DNA from: Blepharisma stoltei ATCC 30299
Lineage: Eukaryota; Protista; Ciliophora
DNA: 64,000 nucleotides
Direction: 5' to 3'
Assembly (NCBI GenBank): GCA_965603825.1
Contig: CBFDEM010000008.1
Span: 1-64,000, forward strand
Shown here: in pieces, positions 10,313 to 25,048 of the stretch
How the letters are laid out: each line of letters begins with the position of its first letter
How positions within the stretch are numbered: the first letter of the stretch is position 1
The notes under the pieces: model-generated
Told to the model about the DNA's origin: nothing
The model's database searches: none
The model's input: the letters and a program-made list of their open reading frames with translations, nothing else
Position numbers and translations under genes: made by a program

Positions 10313-13300
10313 ATGAATTACTTAATAGTCTTCTTTACCTTACTGGTAGCTAAGGGTAAAGACCTCGAATGCCATCTATCTGTTTGCCCAGATATTAGAG
10401 TAATTTTAATTTAGAAAGGGAATCACAAATGTGATCCTGGGTGCATGATTTCATACTGCAACTTTGACACAATGCTAAGTATTGATGGAAAAATTAACAA
10501 AGAAAATTCAGACTGCTATGAGATTTGCGCAAATTTTGACGGCTGTAGCCCAGAAAAACTTGGAAATGGGATATGTGATGATTCTTGTAATACAGAAAAC
10601 TGCGGATTTGATTGAGGAGATTGCACTTGTGCTCCTGGCTGTTTAGACTCTATGCTCGGAGATGGAAACTGTGATGAAGCTTGCAATAATTGAGACTGCG
10701 ACCTTGATAATCACGATTGTGGGCTTTGCGCAGATGGATGCTTTCCAATTATGCTTGGAAATGGAGCTTGTAACCCAGAATGCAATAATGAAGGTTGTTT
10801 ATATGATTACAAAGATTGTCAATGCGCAGAAAATTGCTTATGGACTGATTATGGAAGCTGCAAGCCCGAATGCATGGTAGCAAGCTGCAACTATGGCAAT
10901 ATGACTCAATATCCAGATAATCAATGCCAAAACACCTCTTTAGCTATTTTTTCTTCTTATCAACAGATTATACGTAACAACTTTTCTTATATTGTGCATC
11001 TAGAAGACTGCTATGAAGCGTCAAACCACGAATGCACTCTCGAAAAAGCTTTTAATTTTGAAAATTGTTATCAAGAATGCCACATTCTTGAGTGCAACTA
11101 TGCAAATGGAAACTGTGATTATGCTTGATACTCCCCATGATGCAAAGGCGTGTTTCCGGATTCTGAGGATTTTTGATGTATATCTTGTATAAGAAAATGG
11201 TTTGATACTCCTTATACTAAGACCTGAATGAATGGCAAATGCGCCTTAGCGCCATCAGTACATATCATCCCATCACTTTTTCCAGACGACACTTTTGCAG
11301 TCGTTCCTTTTATTGATACTTCTTCAGCGAAAATTCCTCATATTTACTTTGTATGTCCTATTGCAAACTCAAGTCCTGATTCTGGAGATGGAAGTTACTA
11401 CTCCCCCTTTAGATCCTTTTCCTTTGCTACAAATAGAATTTCACATAAATATTCAATTGTTTATTTATTGGAATGTGATGGATACAATTTAACGATTCCC
11501 TATAATGGGTTTTCAGCTGACTTTCTTGTATTTTATGATGCATATACTTTTGATGGAAAAAGTGTAAAGTTTACCCCATTAAATAACTCAAAAATAACTT
11601 TAAGAAGAAATCTAGATGATAGGGACAGTAATAACAATGACCCTTTTGGATTTTTATTTATAAAACCCTTGAGAATCGAAATAAGTAACATAATTTTCGA
11701 TTGAAGCAATACTGTTTCAACTTGCAATAATGAGAGGTATTGTGATTATTGCCCTTATGTGACATATAATTTAGAATTAAATATTAAATATAGTGATCAA
11801 GGCGAAATTATTGATGATTTCCTTCCTTCAGACTGATGCAAAAGAGATGAAGCCCTGAATTTTATAGAACTTCGAAATGGCAATCTCATACTTAAAAATG
11901 TATCTTTTGTAAACTTCCGGAATGGCTTTAAAACTATTTTATATATAACAACTGACAGCAATGTCACTTTTAGTGATGTGACCTTTGATAATATAAAAGT
12001 AAGCGATAATTATAATTCGTGAGTTATATGATGGGATGGGGCAAGTAAAGGAAATTTTAAATTTGAAAATGGAGTGGTAAGTAGGCTTAATAATGGATAT
12101 GAGCTAAATGATCCTATAAATACAAAGGGGTTTATGAACGCGACTAACATTAACTCGATCGTTTTAAGGAATGTGGAATTTAGAAATAATGCAATATTCA
12201 AAAACTATGTAGATGGTGTGAGAGTTGCCTCGCTATTTTTCATAAATCCGTTTCAAGTTCTTTGAGTAGAATCTTGCAATTTTATATATAATTATTGCGA
12301 CTTAGGAATATTTAATATCAAACAGCAATTGGACAATTGACCAATGGAAATTGATGATTCTGGGATCTTTATTCACTCGAAACAAAATCACATACATATT
12401 TTCAACTCGAATTTTTCATCAAATTATGGAATTACTGCTGGAGTTCTATATGTTTTATATGAGTTTGAAGGCCAGAATGTTGTCATTGAAAACTGCTCAT
12501 TTACTTTAAATGGGATTGAAAGTGGAGCTTTAATACACATTGAGAGCAATTATGCTGATGAAAGCTATTTAATAGATCGAAAAGTTAGTGTATCTATGTC
12601 TGATGGAAGCATTATTGAAGGAGACTACTTAGCGAAAAGAGTAAAGCTTTCAAATTTAAATTTTACAAAAAACTATTCTGGAGAAAACGGAGTAATCGAA
12701 ATTTTAAAAATGGTGAATATCGAATGAGTTAATATCAGGATAGAGTCAAATGGGCTCATTTTATCGGAGGCGATGAATGTCAATTCAATCCTTTTAAAAT
12801 ATTATATAGATAATCCACAAATGTATGCTAAGCACAATATCAGTAATCCTAATGATTTGAACTGCCAATCCCTTTCAATGGTATCAAATTCTATTCATTT
12901 CAGCATTGAGAAAGTAAATATTATTAATAACGTTTGCATGTACTCTTCTCCAAGTATCATTGTTTCTAATACAACCAAGAGTGCAATAAGGTCTGCATCT
13001 TTTTATGATAATAAAGGAGCTGGAAGTTATGGTATTTGTTTAGCATTTCTTGGAGATATACTTTACGAAATTATGAATTCTGAGTTTTATACAAATATTA
13101 ATTACCAATCAGGGAGTCCTGGAGCTATTAGTTGCCTCTCAAGCTTGTCAATAAAAAATTGCACATTTTCGGATAATATTGGTACTTTATATTTCGGAGG
13201 CCAAAATCTCAGCATTTTTTCTTCCAATTTTGATTCTAATATTTCTCCTTCATCAAATGGTGGCGCTATTTCTCTCTCAATCGCCCAAGACAATATATAT

Positions 13301-16300
13301 AATTCAATGCTTTTTATTTCAAATACAACTTTTGCAAATAACTCTTGCTCTTTTAGTGGAGGTGCGATTTATATTGACAGAACCATTTATTTGAATTTGC
13401 TATTAGCATTAAATATTGAAGACACAAATTTTTATCATAATAAAGCCATTGATGGTTCTTGCATCTATATAGATAATACCGTGGCACTTACTTTAGATTC
13501 TTCAATTAAGAATTGCTCTTTTTGAGCAAATGAAGCAAGCTTTTCAGGCACTATTTCTGCCTCTTATATATATGGAATATTGATTTTTGACACTTGCAAT
13601 TTTGTTAGAAACACAGGAGTTTATAGTTCAGGATTTAATATAGCTATAGGTGAAAATAAAGAAGAAAACCCTTCAAAATTATTTCTAAATTCCTGTATTT
13701 TCCAGTTTAATTCTGGAAATAGAACAATTTCTATGGATGATGGCAATATAAACTCTACCTTAGAGGTTAATGATTGCTTGCTTGAATATAATATTGGCTC
13801 GATATTTACACTTGATAATGACTATGCAGTTGTCGAAAACTCAAAAATTCAGCACAATTATTCCCCTAATTCTGGTGGGGCTTTAAGCCTTAAAAACTTA
13901 GGAATTTTTATATCTAAAGATACGACTTTTTTAAATTGTAGCAGTGATTTGAATGGCGGAGTTGCTTCTATCAGCCTGAAATCTCAATTCTTTTGTTTTT
14001 CATGCTTCTTTAGTTATAATTATGCTAATTTTTCAGGAGGTGTAATTTATGCCGACTCGGATGCTCGGTTTTATATAGATGATTCCATTATTAGTCAAAA
14101 CTCATGCAAAGATAAAGGATCAGCCATATTTATGGCCAGTTCTTTAGCTAATTCGTCAATAAGCAATACAGAAATATTTGAAAATCATGCATATAGTGAT
14201 GGAACGATGTTTATTTTATCGTCATCATTGTCTATATTTTCCTCAAAAGTTTATAAAAATAAAGCTGATGAAAAAAATCCAGGATTATATATTGACGATT
14301 CAATCGCTATAATAACTGATACTCATTTTTATCAGCAAAGTGGAAATGAAGGATGCTTTATTTATATGGGTACAAGCTACGTACAAATTACTGGCTCAGC
14401 CTTTTATGAAGGTTTTTCAAACAATTCTGGAATAGCGATACATGCAACCTCTAGTAGTGTAGAAATTTCTTCTTCGGCATTTTCTAATTTATTTTCTAAT
14501 AATACTGGCGGAACAATTTATTTATATGAAGATAGCACTCTTTCTATAGATAATTCAGAGTTTTTGAATTCTGGTTCATCAATTGATTCATATTCAAGCT
14601 CGATTTTAATAGAAAGTACTCTATTTAAGAATCATTCAAATACGGCTATATATGCAAACCAAATTGAAGTGCTGCAAATATTAAGCTCAGAATTTTTAGA
14701 CAATTATGGAAGCAATGGTGGAGCTGTATACTGCACTCAATGTCATATTATTGCAGTTATTTCATCAAATTTTGCCAGTAACTATGGAAGAAATGGTGGA
14801 GCAATTTATGTTACAAACTTATCAGATCATCCTGAAACCTCCCAACTTATTATTGCATCTTCAAACTTTAATTCAAATGCAGCTAGCAATGGCGGAGCAG
14901 TCTGAACGAACAATATTAATTTAATAGTTTCCTCATCAATTTTTATAGAAAACAGAGCTGAGTTATTTCAATCAAAGAACCTTAAAGAAATATCAGATGG
15001 TCTAGGAGGTGCGATAAAAATAAGCTGTCAAGGCTCAAATGTTATTTGCAATTTTAATTTTTTATCCAATTCGTTTATAAATAATAGTGCAACTCATAAT
15101 GGTGGGGCCATTAACTGAGACGATTCAAAACCAACTATTGAAAATAATATTTTTGAAAATAACAAAGCATCATACGGCCCTGATATTGCATCTTTTCCTA
15201 TAATGATGATTTTTCTAAGTAATAACTCAAGAAATTTAGAAAGAAAAGTTGCTTCAGAAGATAGCAAGCTAACATTAAATAATATTGCTTCAGGCCAGAA
15301 TAATAATCCTCCTTTGGCTTTTATTTTAGTTGACGATCTTAACCAAATAGTTACAACAGATACTACAAGTCAAGCACAGATAAATGCAGCAAATGGTGGC
15401 ACAATTATATCTGGCACAACAATGGTCTACGCAAAAAATGGGATTTATTATTTTGATGACTATATAATTTCAGCTGAGCCAGGCTCTTCTGTGTATATTG
15501 ATATAGTTTCTTCAGGAATAGATACACGAAAAATGAATACATCAAGAGAAAGCCTCCGAATGTCATCGAGCTTTTCTATAAATGTGAATTTGCGTTTATG
15601 TGAAGTAGGAGAAGCTACTGTTGGCTTAATTTGTGAAATTTGTCCAAAATTTTATTATAATATTGATGTCAGAGTGTCTAAGTGTTTAGACTGCCCATCC
15701 TCTGCGATTTGTTATGGAAATTTTACAATGGTTCCAAAATCAGGATATTGAAGAGACAATGAGTTCACAGACAAGTTTTGGAAGTGCCCTTATCCTCCTG
15801 CCTGCTTAGGATCTCCGAATATTTCAGATTTGGCTTTAACTGGTGTTTGCAAAAAAGGATATGAAAATAACATGTGCCACTCGTGTGAAAATGGATACTC
15901 AAGGTTATACACAGATGAATGCCAAGTTTGTCCTGATACAGTGAGCAATGTTTTTAGATGAATCGGAATTTCTGCTTTTTTGATTTTTACCTTAGTATTT
16001 ATTTTAAAAACAACAAGAGACTCATGATATAAGCAAAAGTCTTTTTCTGCAGTTTATTTAAAAATCTTTTGGAATTATTTGCAAATCATGCTCATATTAG
16101 CAACTTATAACTTAAATTGGCCATACGAAGTAATTGAATTGTTTTACATTCAGACTTCTATCGATTATATAGGAGCACAGCTCTTTTCTTTTGATTGTTT
16201 TTTACAATTATCGAATTCAAAAAGCAAGATTTATTATCTAAAAATTTTGATCACGAGCTTGACTCCTTTCGTTATGGCATTTTTATGTATGGCTATATGA

Positions 16301-17263
16301 ATTTTAATTTATAAAATCAAAAAAGAGCGAATTAAAGAAATAAAAGATGATTATATTTCTACTTGCATTGTATTGCTATTCTTAATACATCCAAGTATAA
16401 TAGACACAATGTTCAGCGCTTTTAGTTGCAGAGAAATAAATTCCGGAGAGCTTTGGCTTAATGCAGACCTTGGAATTCGATGCTGAGATGACAACCATCT
16501 TTTCTATGGCTTTATACTTGCTCTGCCTACAATAATTATATGAGTTATTGCAGTGCCATTACTTGCCTTTTTAAATTTAATAAAAAATAAGAAGCACTTA
16601 GAAGAAATATGGATGAAAAAGAGATATTCATTTCTATGCGACGGCTATAATTCAAAACATTATTATTGAGAATTCTTAATTTTATACTACAAAGTGATAT
16701 TAATCAGTTGCTCAGTATTTTTGTCAAATATCTCGACCAATATTCAAGCGCTTACAGCAGCACTGTTTTTTGTGCTATTTCTTTATCTTCATACTAGAAA
16801 CGAACCATTTAGTGAAGCATTTTTCAATAAAACAGAAACATTTTCTAGACTTGCGTCTCTAATATCAATACTTATTGGCCTTTGCTTTTTAACAAATGAT
16901 TTAGGTGCTGCTGCTAATTATTTTTTAGTTGCCGTCTTTATAATTGCAAATGCTTTATTTATATTTTACATCTTGATAAACTTCTTGTTACAATTTGCTA
17001 TTACAAATAGATTTATGACTATAATAAAAAGAATTTTCAATTCAAAGGAGGAAAAATACATTATAAGCATTGTTCCTTGTGATAAAAGTGGCCAATCTCA
17101 AAGCTATGAAGATGAGAAAAATCATACAGGAAAACTTGCCAGCACTATGGTTTATTCTGGTCACACAAAAATTGAAAATATAAAGATGATTAGAGAAGAT
17201 TTAGGTAGTTCAAATGAAATTGACCCTTTTGCTTCAGAACAAAGCATATCCGCTTTTAATTAA
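10313..17263 (+). CDS. Receptor copy A2, 2311 aa after splicing (intron 10400-10414; UGA=Trp)
   Basis: ORF pieces 10751, 11228, 12074, 12344, 12773, 13580, 15203, 16079 and 16694 share one frame with ATG 10313 and end at TGA, except the last (TAA). Motifs: LGNGICDDSCNTENCGFDWGDC (LNR), GDGSYYSPF (beta-helix cap), repeated GGA[IV]/FxxN, CxxCPxxAxC, and YxFLCxGY..YYWE in the TM bundle. Confidence 0.93.
10400..10414 (+). other. 15-nt intron GTAATTTTAATTTAG
   Basis: Same site as in A1 (87 nt after ATG), with an in-frame TAG. Confidence 0.93.
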
Positions 17264-17724
17264 TTCTTATATTCTTGTATTAATTGAAATTGCATAAAAA
17301 TTGGCATTTTATCAGGAATAATCTATATGGAAATATAATTAATTAAAATTAGTTAAATATTAAATAGCATTCTCTATTGAATAATAATTTTATTTCTTAG
17401 AAAAATTATTGAAAATTCTTAAATTAAGAGTTTTTATCTTTTCTTCAAAGAAAATACTATTAATTTTTATATAAAAAAAGATTAAATAAGAGCAAATTCT
17501 GGGGTACAACCCCTTGATTTTACTTGTTTAATACAATTTGAAAATTATTTCCTTTTTAATAGTTAAAAAAGTAAAGTATTCAGTCTTAATTATTAAGACC
17601 ATATGTATACTATTTTTAAAATGATAAAAATAAGTCTCGATTGAAGCGCTTAATTATTAATTTCATGAAATTTTACTTATAAAAATTAAATTGAATCTTA
17701 ACTTTTTTATTTCATTTAATAATA

Positions 17725-20700
17725 ATGAATTACTTAATAGTCTTCTTTACCTTACTGGTAGCTAAGGGTAAAGACCTCGAATGCCATCTATCCGTTTGCC
17801 CAGATATTAGAGTAATTTTAATTTAGAAAGGGAATCACAAATGCGATCCTGGGTGCATGACTTCATACTGCAACTTTGACTCAATGCTAAGCACTGATGG
17901 AAAAATTAACAAAGAAAATTCAGATTGCTATGAGATTTGTACAAATTTTGACGGCTGCAACCCAGAAAAACTTGGAAATGGAATATGTGACGATTCTTGT
18001 AATACGCAAAACTGCGGATTTGATTGAGGAGATTGCACTTGTGCTCCAGGCTGTTTAGACTCGATGCTAGGAGATGGAAATTGTGATGAAGCTTGCGATA
18101 ACTGAGACTGTGACCTTGATAATCACGATTGTGGGCTTTGCGAAGATGGATGCTTTCCAATTATGCTTGGAAATGGAGTTTGCAACCCAGAATGCAACAA
18201 TGAAGGTTGCTTATATGATTACAAAGATTGCCAATGCGCAGAAAATTGCTTATGGACTGATTATGGAAGCTGCAAGCCCGAATGCATGGTAGCAAGCTGC
18301 AACTATGACAATATGACTCAATATCCAAACAATCATTGCCAAAACACCTCTTTAGCTATTTTTTCTTCTTATCAACAGATTATACGTAACAATTTTTCTT
18401 ATATTGTGCATCTAGAAGACTGCTATGAAGCGTCAAACAACGAATGCACTCTCGAAAAAGCTTTAGATTTTGAAAATTGTTATCAAGAATGTCACATTCT
18501 TGAGTGTAACTATGCAAATGGAAACTGTGATGACCCCTGAAGCACCCCTTGATGCAAAGGCGTGAGTCTGGATTCTGGGGTTTTTTTATGCATATCTTGT
18601 ATGAGAAAATGGGCTGATTCATTTTATACTAAGACCTGAATGAATGGCAAATGCGCCATGTTTCCACAAGTAAATATCGTCCCATCTGTTTTTCCAGACA
18701 ATACTTTTGCAGTCGTTCCTTTTATTGATACCTCTTCAGCGAAAATTCCCCATATTTATTTCGTATGCCCTATTGCAAAATCAAACCCTAATTCTGGAGA
18801 AGGAAACTACTACTCCCCCTTTAGATCACTTTCCTTTGCTGCAAATAGAATTTTACATAAATATTCAATCGTTTATTTATTGGAATGCGATGGATATAAT
18901 TTAACAACCTCCTATCCGATGATTTCAGCTGACTTTGTAGTAATTTTTGACGATTATACTTTTGGTGGGAAAAACGTAAAGTTTACCCCATTAAATAAAT
19001 CAAAAATAACTTTAAGAAGAGTTCTAGATGATAGAAAAAAAAATAACTATTCCCCTTTTAGATTTTTATTTATAAATCCTTTGAACATCGAGATAAATAA
19101 CATAATTTTCGATTGAAGCAATACTGTTTCAACGTGTACCAATAAGAATTATTGTGATTATTGCCCTTATTTGACATATGATTCAAAATTAAATATTTAC
19201 TATAGTGACCAAGGCGAAATTATTGATCATTTCCTTTCGTCAGACTGATGCAAAAAAGATGGATCAGTGAATTTTATAGAACTTCGAAATGCCAATCTCA
19301 TACTTAAAAATGTATCTTTTGTAAACTTTCGGAGTGGCTTTAACTCTATTTTATATATAAAAACTGATAGCAATGTCACTTTTAGTGATGTGACCTTTGA
19401 TAATATAAAAGTATATGATAATTATAATTCATGAGTTATATGATGGAATGGGGCAAGTAAAGGAAATTTTAAATTTGAAAATGGAGTGGTAAGTAGGCTT
19501 AATAATGGATATGAGCTAAATGATCCTATAAATACAAAGGGGTTTATGAATGCGACTAACATTAACTCGATCATTTTAAGGAATATAGAATTTAGAAATA
19601 ATGCAGTATTCAAAAACAATAATGATGGCGTAAGAGTTGCCTCATTATTTTTCATAAATTCATTACAAGTTCTTTGAGTAGAATCTTGCACTTTTATATA
19701 TAATTATTGTGACTTAGGAATATTTAATATCAAACAGCAATTGTACAATTGGCCAATGGAAATTGATGATTCTGGGATCTTTATTCACTCGAAACAAAAT
19801 CACATCCATATTTTCAACTCGAATTTTTCATCAAATTATGGAATTACTGCTGGAGTTCTATATGCTTTATATGAGTTTGAAAGCCAGAATGTTTTCATTG
19901 AAAACTGCTCATTTACTTTAAATGGGATTGAAAATGGAGTTTTAATACACATTGAGAGCAATTATGCTGATGAAAGCTATTTAATAGATAGAAAAATCAA
20001 TGTATCTATGCCTGATAGTAGTATCGTTGAAGGAGACTACTTAGCGAAAAGAGTAAAGCTTTCAAATTTAAATTTTACAAAAAACTACTCTGGAGAAAAT
20101 GGGGTAATCGAAATTTTAAAAATGGTGAATATCGAATGAGTTAATATCAGGATAGAGTCAAATGGATTCATTTTATCGGAGGCGATTAATGTCAATTCAA
20201 TCCTTTTAAATTATTATATAGATAATCCAAAAATGTATGCTAAACACAACATCAGTAATCCTATTGATTTGAACTGTCAGTCCCTTTCAATGGTATCAGA
20301 TTCTATTCATTTCAACATTGAGAAAGTAAATATTATTAATAACGTTTGCATGCACTCTTCTCCAAGTATCATTGTTTCTAATACAACCAAGAGTACAATA
20401 AAGTCCGCATCTTTTTATGATAATAAAGGAGCAGGAAGTTATGGCATTTGTTTAGCATTTCTTGGAGACATACTTTACGAAGTTATGAATTCTGAGTTTT
20501 ATACAAATATTAATTACCAATCAGGGATTCCTGGAGCTATTAGTTGTCTCTCAAACTTGTCAATAAAAAATTGCACATTTTCGGATAATATTGGTACTTT
20601 ATATTTCGGAGGCCAAAATCTCAGCATTTTTTCTTCTAACTTTGATTCTAATAGTTCTCCTGCATCAAATGGTGGAGCTATTTCTCTAAGAATCACCCAA

Positions 20701-23700
20701 GACAGTATATATAATTCAATGCTTTTTATTTCAAACACAACTTTCTCAAATAACTCTTGCTCTTTTAGTGGAGGTGCAATTTATATTGATAAAACCATTT
20801 CTTTGAATTTGTTATTAGCATTAAAAATTGAAGACACAAATTTTTATCATAGTCAAGCCATCGATGGTTCTTGTATCTATATAGAAAATAGCGTGGCACT
20901 TACTTTAGATTCTTCAATAAAGCATTCCTCTTTTCAAGCAAATGAAGCAAGCTTTTCAGGAACTATTTCTGCCTCTTACATACACGGAATATTAGTATTT
21001 GACACATGCAATTTTGTTAGAAACACAGGAGTTTATAGTTCAGGATTTAATATAGCTATAGGTGAAAATAATGAAGAAAACCCCTCAAAATTAATTCTAC
21101 GTTCTTGTATTTTCCAGTTTAATTCTGGAAATAGAACGTTTTCTATGGATAATGGCAATATAAACTCTACCTTAGAGGTGAATGATTGCTTGTTTGAATA
21201 TAATGTTGGCTCGATATTTACACTTGATAATGACTATGCAATTGTTGAAAACTCGAAAATTCAACACAATTACTCTCCTAATCCTGGTGGGGCTTTAAGT
21301 CTTAAAAACTTAGGAATTTTTTTATCTAAAGGTACGACTTATTTAAATTGTAGTAGTGATATGAATGGTGGAGTTGCTTCCATCAGCATGAAATCTCAAT
21401 TTTTTTGTTTTTCATGTCTTTTTAGTTATAATTATGCTAGTTTGTCAGGAGGTGTAATTTATGCCGACTCTGATGCTCGGTTCGATATAGATGATTCCAT
21501 CATTAGCAAAAACTCATGCAAAGATAAAGGATCAGCCATATTTATGGCCAGTTCTTTGGCTAATTCGTCAATAAAGAATACAGAAATATTTAAAAATCAT
21601 GCAAATAGAGATGGGACGATATTTATTTTATCGTCATCATTGTCTATATTTTCCTCAAAAGTTTATAAAAATAAAGCTGGTGAAAAAAATCCAGGATTAT
21701 ATATTGACGATTCAATTGCTATAATAACTGATACTCATTTTTATCAGCAAAGTGGAAATGAAGGATGCTTTATTTATATGGGTACAAGCTACGTACAAAT
21801 TACTGGCTCAGCCTTTTATGAAGGATTTTCAAACAATTCTGGAATAGCGATACATGCAACCTCTAGTAGTGTAGAAATTTCTTCTTCGGCATTTTCTAAT
21901 TTATTTTCTAATAATACAGGCGGAGCAATATATTTATATGAAGGTAGCAGTATTTCTATTGATGACTCAGAATTTTTGGATTCTGGCTCATCAATTGATT
22001 CATATTCAAGCTCGATTTTAATAAAAAGCACTCTATTTAAGAATCATTCAAATACTGCTATACATGCAAACCAAATTGAAAAGCTGCAAATATTAAGCTC
22101 AGAGTTTTTAGACAATTATGGAAGCAATGGTGGAGCTGTATACTGCGCTCAATGTCATATTATTTTAGTGACTTCTTCAACTTTTTCCAGTAACTATGGA
22201 AGAAATGGTGGAGCAATTTACGTTACAAACTTATCAGATCATCCTGAAACCTCCCAACTTATTATTGCTTCTTCAAATTTTAATTCAAATGCAGCTAGCA
22301 ATGGCGGAGCAGTCTGAACGAACAATATTAATATAATAGTTTCCTCATCAATTTTTATAAAAAATAGAGCTGAGTTATTTCAATCAAAGAACCTTAAAGA
22401 AATATCAGATGGTCTAGGAGGTGCGATAAAAATAAGCTGTCAAGGCTCAAATGTTATTTGCAATTTTAATTTTTTATCCAATTCGTTTATAAATAATAGC
22501 GCTACTTATAATGGCGGGGCCATTAACTGAGACGATTCAAAACCAACTATTGAAAATAATATTTTTGAAAATAACATAGCATCATATGGCCCTGATATTG
22601 CATCTTTTCCTATAACGATGATTTTTCTAAGTAATAATTCAAGAAATTTAGAAAGAAAAGTTGCTTCCGAAGATAGTAGGCTAACATTAAATAATATTGC
22701 TTCAGGTCAGAATAATAATCCTCCTTTGGCTTTTATTTTAGTTGACGATCTTAACCAAATAGTTACAACAGATACTACAAGTCAAGCGCAGATAAATGCA
22801 GCAAATAGTGACACAATTATATCTGGCACAACAATGGTCTACGCAAAAAATGGGATTTATTATTTTGATGACTATATAATTTCAGCTGAGCCAGGCTCTT
22901 CTGTATATATTGATATAGTTTCTTCAGCAATAGATACCCGAAAAATGAATACATCAAGAGAGAGCCTCCAAATGTCATCGAGTTTTTCTATAAATGTGAA
23001 TTTGCGTTTATGCAAAGTAGGAGAAGCTACTGTTGGCTTAATTTGTGAAATTTGTCCAAAATTTTATTATAATATTGATGTTAGAATGCCTAAGTGTTTA
23101 GACTGCCCATCCTCTGCGATTTGTTATGGAAATTTTACAATGGTTCCAAAATCAGGATATTGAAGAGACAATAAGTTCACAGACAAGTTTTGGAAGTGCC
23201 CTTATCCTCCTGCCTGCTTAGGATCTCCGAATATTTCAGATCTGGCTTTAACTGGTGCTTGCAAAAAAGGATATGAAAATAACATGTGCCACTCGTGTGA
23301 AAATGGCTACTCAAGGTTATACACAGATGAGTGCCAAGCTTGTCCTGATACAGTGAGCAATGTTTTTAGATGAATCGGAATTTCTGCTTTTTTGATTTTT
23401 ATCTTAGTGTTTATTTTAAAAACAACAAGGGACTCATGATATAAGCAAAAGTCTTTTTTTGCAGTTTATCTAAAAGTCTTTTGGAATTATTTACAAATCA
23501 TGCTAATATTAGCAACTTATAACTTAAATTGGCCATACGAAGTAATTGAATTTTTTTACATTCAGACTTCTATCGACTATATAGGAGGACAGCTCTTTTC
23601 TTTTGATTGCTTTTTACAATTATCGAATTCTAAAAGCAAGATTTATTATTTAAAAATTTTGATCACAAGCTTGACTCCTTTCGTTATGGCATTTTTATGT

Positions 23701-24675
23701 ATGGCTATATGAATTTTAATTTATAAAATCAAATCCAAACGAATTACAGAAATAAAAGATGATTATATTTCTACTTGCATTGTATTGCTATTCTTAATAC
23801 ATCCAAGTATAATAAACACAATGTTCAGCGCTTTTAGTTGCAGGGAAATAAATTCCGGAGAGCGTTGGCTTAATGCAGACCTTGGAATTCGATGCTGAGA
23901 TGAGAATCATCTTTTTTATGGTTTTATACTTGCTCTGCCTACAATAATTATATGATTTATTGCAGTGCCTTTACTTGCTTTTATAAATTTAATAAAAAAT
24001 AGGAAGCACTTAGAAGAATTGTGGATGAAAAAGAGATATTCATTTCTATGCAACGGCTATAACTCAAAGCATTATTATTGAGAATTCTTGATTTTATTCT
24101 ACAAAGTGATATTAATCAGCTGCTCAGTATTTTTGTCAAATATCTCGGCAAATATTCAAGCGCTTACAGCAGCATTGTTTTTTGTGCTATTTCTTTATCT
24201 TCATACAAAAAACGAGCCATTTAGTGAAGCATTTTTCAATAAAACAGAAACGTTTTCTAGACTTGCATCTCTAATATCAATACTTATTGGCCTTTGCTTT
24301 TTAACAAACGATTTAGGCACTGCTGCAAATTATTTTTTAGTTGCCGTCTTTATAATTGCAAATTTATTATTTATATTTTACATCTTGATAAACTTCTTGC
24401 TACATTTTGCTATTACAAATAGATTTATGTCCATAATAAGAAGAATTTTCAGTTCAAAGGAGGAAAAATATATTATCGGCATTGCTCCTTGTGATGAAAG
24501 TGGCCAATCACAAAGCTACGATGATGAGAAAAATCATACAGGAAAACTTGCCAGCACTATGGTTTATTCTGGTCATACAAAAATTGAAAATATAAAGATG
24601 TTTAGAGAAGATTTAGGTAGTTCAAATGAAATTGACCCTTTTGCTTCAGAACAAAGCATATCCGCTTTTAATTAA
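17725..24675 (+). CDS. Receptor copy A3, 2311 aa after splicing (intron 17812-17826; UGA=Trp)
   Basis: ORF pieces 18163, 18640, 19486, 19741, 20233, 22618, 23500 and 24088 are all in frame with ATG 17725. Same 6951-nt span as A2. Confidence 0.93.
17812..17826 (+). other. 15-nt intron GTAATTTTAATTTAG
   Basis: Same site as in A1/A2, with an in-frame TAG. Confidence 0.93.
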
Positions 24676-25048
24676 TTTTATAGGGTTCTTATATTCTTTC
24701 ATTAATTAAGATTGCATAAAAATAGGCATTTTATCTGTAATAGAATCTAATATCGAAATATAATTAATAAATTAAAATTAGTTAAATATTGAATAACATT
24801 CATGATTGAATAATAATTTATTTCTTAGAAAATTTTTGAAATTAAGAGTTGTTAAATGTTTGTCTATTAAGAAACAGAACATTTAAAGATAGGTATATTA
24901 TTTAATATTTTCCCTAGCCAACAAATTCTTCTATATATAATAACTAAGGCTTAAAATATATTAAGGAAGTTGGTTTTAAAACCTATAATTATAATTCACT
25001 AATAAAATTAATTTTATTGTATTTATGAAGAGATAAATATTTTTAAGT

